Shown here in pieces: positions 61,989 through 64,000 of a DNA stretch of 64,000 bases (position 1 is its first letter; each line of letters begins with the position of its first letter). The position numbers and the translations under genes were made by a program. The notes under the pieces were generated by a model, which was not told the origin of the DNA, ran no database searches, and saw only the letters and a program-made list of their open reading frames with translations. The stretch lies in the sequence record KJ019152.1; one strand, given 5' to 3'.

Positions 61989-63152
61989 ATTGGTTATCTT
62001 ATCGGTGGAGACTCTGAGGAGAAGCAGGAGGAGATCATTCAGTCGGATAGTGACTACTCCAAACTATCTGATAAACAACTGATCTACCTACGTGGGCAAA
62101 CTATTAAAGATATTGCTAAGTTTTATAACTTCCAGCAAGTTCGTAAAATTACTCTAAACTCCGCTTATGGTGCTTTGGGTAACCAATACTTCAGATACTA
62201 CAAACTGGCGAACGCAGAGGCTGTAACCTTCTCTGGTCAGTTGAGTATCCGTTGGATTGAGAATAAGATGAATGGATTCATCAATGAGATTCTAAAAACA
62301 GAGGGTAAGGATTATGTGATCGCCTCTGATACTGACTCTATCTACATTAACTTTGGTGATGTGGTAGATAAGTTCTTGAAGAAGTTTGATGGTGATAAGG
62401 AGAAGACTGTATCAATGGTAGATAAGATCTGTAAGGATCAACTAGAACCCTTCATTGATAAGTGCTATTCTCAGTTGGGTGAGTATGTGAATGCATACGA
62501 ACAGAAGATGCAGATGAAGAGAGAGAATATTGCAGATAGGGGTATATGGACAGCGAAGAAGAGATATATCCTGAACGTGTGGGATAGTGAAGGTGTTCGT
62601 TATGAGGAACCTAAACTGAAGATGATGGGTATTGAGGCTGTGAAGTCATCTACACCTGCCCCTTGTAGAACTATGATCAAGGATGCTCTCCGTATTATCA
62701 TTGAGAAATCTGAGGATGAAGTCATTGACTACATTGATGATTGTAGGAAGAAGTTCAAACAGATGAAACCAGAGGAGATCGCGTTTCCTCGTTCCGTTAG
62801 TGATATGATCAAGTTTCGTTCTGGGACAACAATATATGCTAAGAGTACTCCTATGCATGTGAGGGGGGCGTTACTATTCAATCATCACATTAAGAAGGGT
62901 GGGTTGGAGAACAAGTATTCTCTCATCAATAGTGGTGAGAAGATCAAGTTCTGCTACCTCAAGATTCCTAATCTAATTGGTGAGAATGTTATCTCATTCA
63001 TCTCCGACTTTCCTAGGGAACTTAAGTTGGAGAAGTATGTTGATTATGATACCCAATTCAATAAAGCATTCCTAGATCCACTCAAGATCATCTTGGATGC
63101 TATTGGTTGGAACTGTGAAAAGCAGATGTCCTTGGAGTCATTTTTTACCTGA
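61989..63152 (+). CDS. gp43: DNA polymerase gp43, C-terminal half (43B-like); start inferred at ATT 61989
   Basis: Frame is open from 61962. Motif B 'RKITLNSAYGALG' lies upstream of the ORF-track TTG (62175), so the true start must be earlier. Also motif C 'ASDTDS' and 'AKKRY'. There is no in-frame ATG, GTG or TTG before motif B. Confidence 0.85.
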   Translation: MGYLIGGDSEEKQEEIIQSDSDYSKLSDKQLIYLRGQTIKDIAKFYNFQQVRKITLNSAYGALGNQYFRYYKLANAEAVTFSGQLSIRWIENKMNGFINEILKTEGKDYVIASDTDSIYINFGDVVDKFLKKFDGDKEKTVSMVDKICKDQLEPFIDKCYSQLGEYVNAYEQKMQMKRENIADRGIWTAKKRYILNVWDSEGVRYEEPKLKMMGIEAVKSSTPAPCRTMIKDALRIIIEKSEDEVIDYIDDCRKKFKQMKPEEIAFPRSVSDMIKFRSGTTIYAKSTPMHVRGALLFNHHIKKGGLENKYSLINSGEKIKFCYLKIPNLIGENVISFISDFPRELKLEKYVDYDTQFNKAFLDPLKIILDAIGWNCEKQMSLESFFT

Positions 63153-63180
63153 TATATAAAACCCCCAGAGGAGATCACCA

Positions 63181-63339
63181 ATGGAAAAACAAAATCTAGC
63201 GATGGATCTATTCATCGAGTCTGTAATCAAACCAGACAGTGACCTTAGGGGTCAAGCATCAGAACAGGGTTGTCTAGAAGAACTATTGCAAATCCGTGAT
63301 GATGTGATAAAATATCTTTATAACGAGAGGAAAAACTAG
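63181..63339 (+). CDS. 52-aa conserved hypothetical protein (not in ORF track)
   Basis: GAGGAG RBS; MEKQNLAMDLFIESVIKPDSDLRGQASEQGCLEELLQIRDDVIKYLYNERKN. Confidence 0.7.
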   Translation: MEKQNLAMDLFIESVIKPDSDLRGQASEQGCLEELLQIRDDVIKYLYNERKN

Positions 63340-63342
63340 TTT

Positions 63343-63576
63343 ATGGCGTTATCCCAATCAGTGGAGAATTCCCTCAGGGAGGCAAGTTCGTCCCTGAGGA
63401 ATGCTCTAGCTTTTGCTGCCAGACAGGAGAGATCACATACCTGTCAGCATATTGCTAAAGTATTAAACGATATTGATCTTATTCAGAGAACGGATGAGAT
63501 GTTTGATACCCTTGATAGTATCAAGGATGGTAAGGGTGGTAGCAACCCATTTGGTAAATTTGGTTTTGATGAATAA
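63343..63576 (+). CDS. Conserved hypothetical protein
   Basis: 'MALSQSVE.SL.EA...LRNAL.FAAR.E'; coupled to uvsX (TAATG). Confidence 0.75.
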   Translation: MALSQSVENSLREASSSLRNALAFAARQERSHTCQHIAKVLNDIDLIQRTDEMFDTLDSIKDGKGGSNPFGKFGFDE

Positions 63577-64000
63577 TGGATTTCTTAAAGGATATTGTAA
63601 ATGAAATTGGTGGCGACTTCACTCAGATTGCCTCAGAGATTGAAGAAAACGAAACATACGTGGACACTGGTTCGTTCATCTTTAATGCTCTTGTATCTGG
63701 GTCTATCTATGGTGGTGTATCTGGTAACAAGATTACTGCAATTGCTGGGGAAAGTTCTACTGGAAAGACTTTCTTCTCACTCGCCGTGGTCAAGAACTTC
63801 TTGGATACTAATCCCGATGCATATTGCCTTTATTTTGATACTGAAGCTGCAATCAATAGAAACCTTCTTGAGTCACGAGGTATTGACCTTAAGCGGTTGG
63901 TTGTCGTCAATGTCGTTACAGTAGAAGAGTTTAGGATGAAGGCACTTAAGTGTGTCGATATCTACCAGAAGAAACCAGAAGACGAACGCAAACCTTGTAT
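63576..64000 (+). CDS. uvsX: RecA-like recombinase UvsX, 3'-truncated (not in ORF track)
   Basis: MDFLKDIV...YVDTGSFIFNALVSGSIYGG..GNKITAIAGESSTGKTFF...LYFDTE. Confidence 0.95.
   Translation, partial: MDFLKDIVNEIGGDFTQIASEIEENETYVDTGSFIFNALVSGSIYGGVSGNKITAIAGESSTGKTFFSLAVVKNFLDTNPDAYCLYFDTEAAINRNLLESRGIDLKRLVVVNVVTVEEFRMKALKCVDIYQKKPEDERKPC

Noticed and set aside
63601-63924. 107-aa ORF in the track
   Set aside because: It is an off-frame shadow of uvsX, which starts at 63576 and runs off the window.

Overview
This 64-kb window comes from a T4-like cyanomyovirus-type phage (Kyanoviridae-like). All convincing genes lie on the + strand. The first 41.5 kb is the late structural module: a giant gp7 baseplate protein (5'-truncated, over 4,160 aa), gp8, VrlC-like protein, gp13-gp16, a 5.3-kb accessory island, and gp17-gp23. 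The rest is the recombination, replication and transcription module (gp3, uvsY, uvsW, gp55, gp47, gp46, cobT/cobS-like pair, gp45, gp44, gp62, regA, hsp20, split gp43, start of uvsX) with auxiliary genes (small outer-membrane beta-barrel, 2OG-Fe(II) oxygenase, pyrimidine-dimer-glycosylase-like protein, Cys-less glutaredoxin fold, Sm-like proteins). I found no tRNA, rRNA or CRISPR array. The most unusual observations are: (1) a ~1-kb HNH-endonuclease cassette that almost lacks TC on the + strand and lacks GAC/GTC, with the bias extending into the neighbouring gene; (2) a 936-aa Lys-rich modular protein between g16 and g17 that looks like a Glu-delimited polyprotein for the prohead protease; (3) a DNA polymerase split at the fingers tip by two small ORFs, whose second half appears to start at ATT; (4) a ~50-nt promoter-to-terminator element with mutually exclusive folds beside the beta-barrel gene. 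Family assignments come from my recognition of motifs and synteny, not from database searches. Counts were made by eye.
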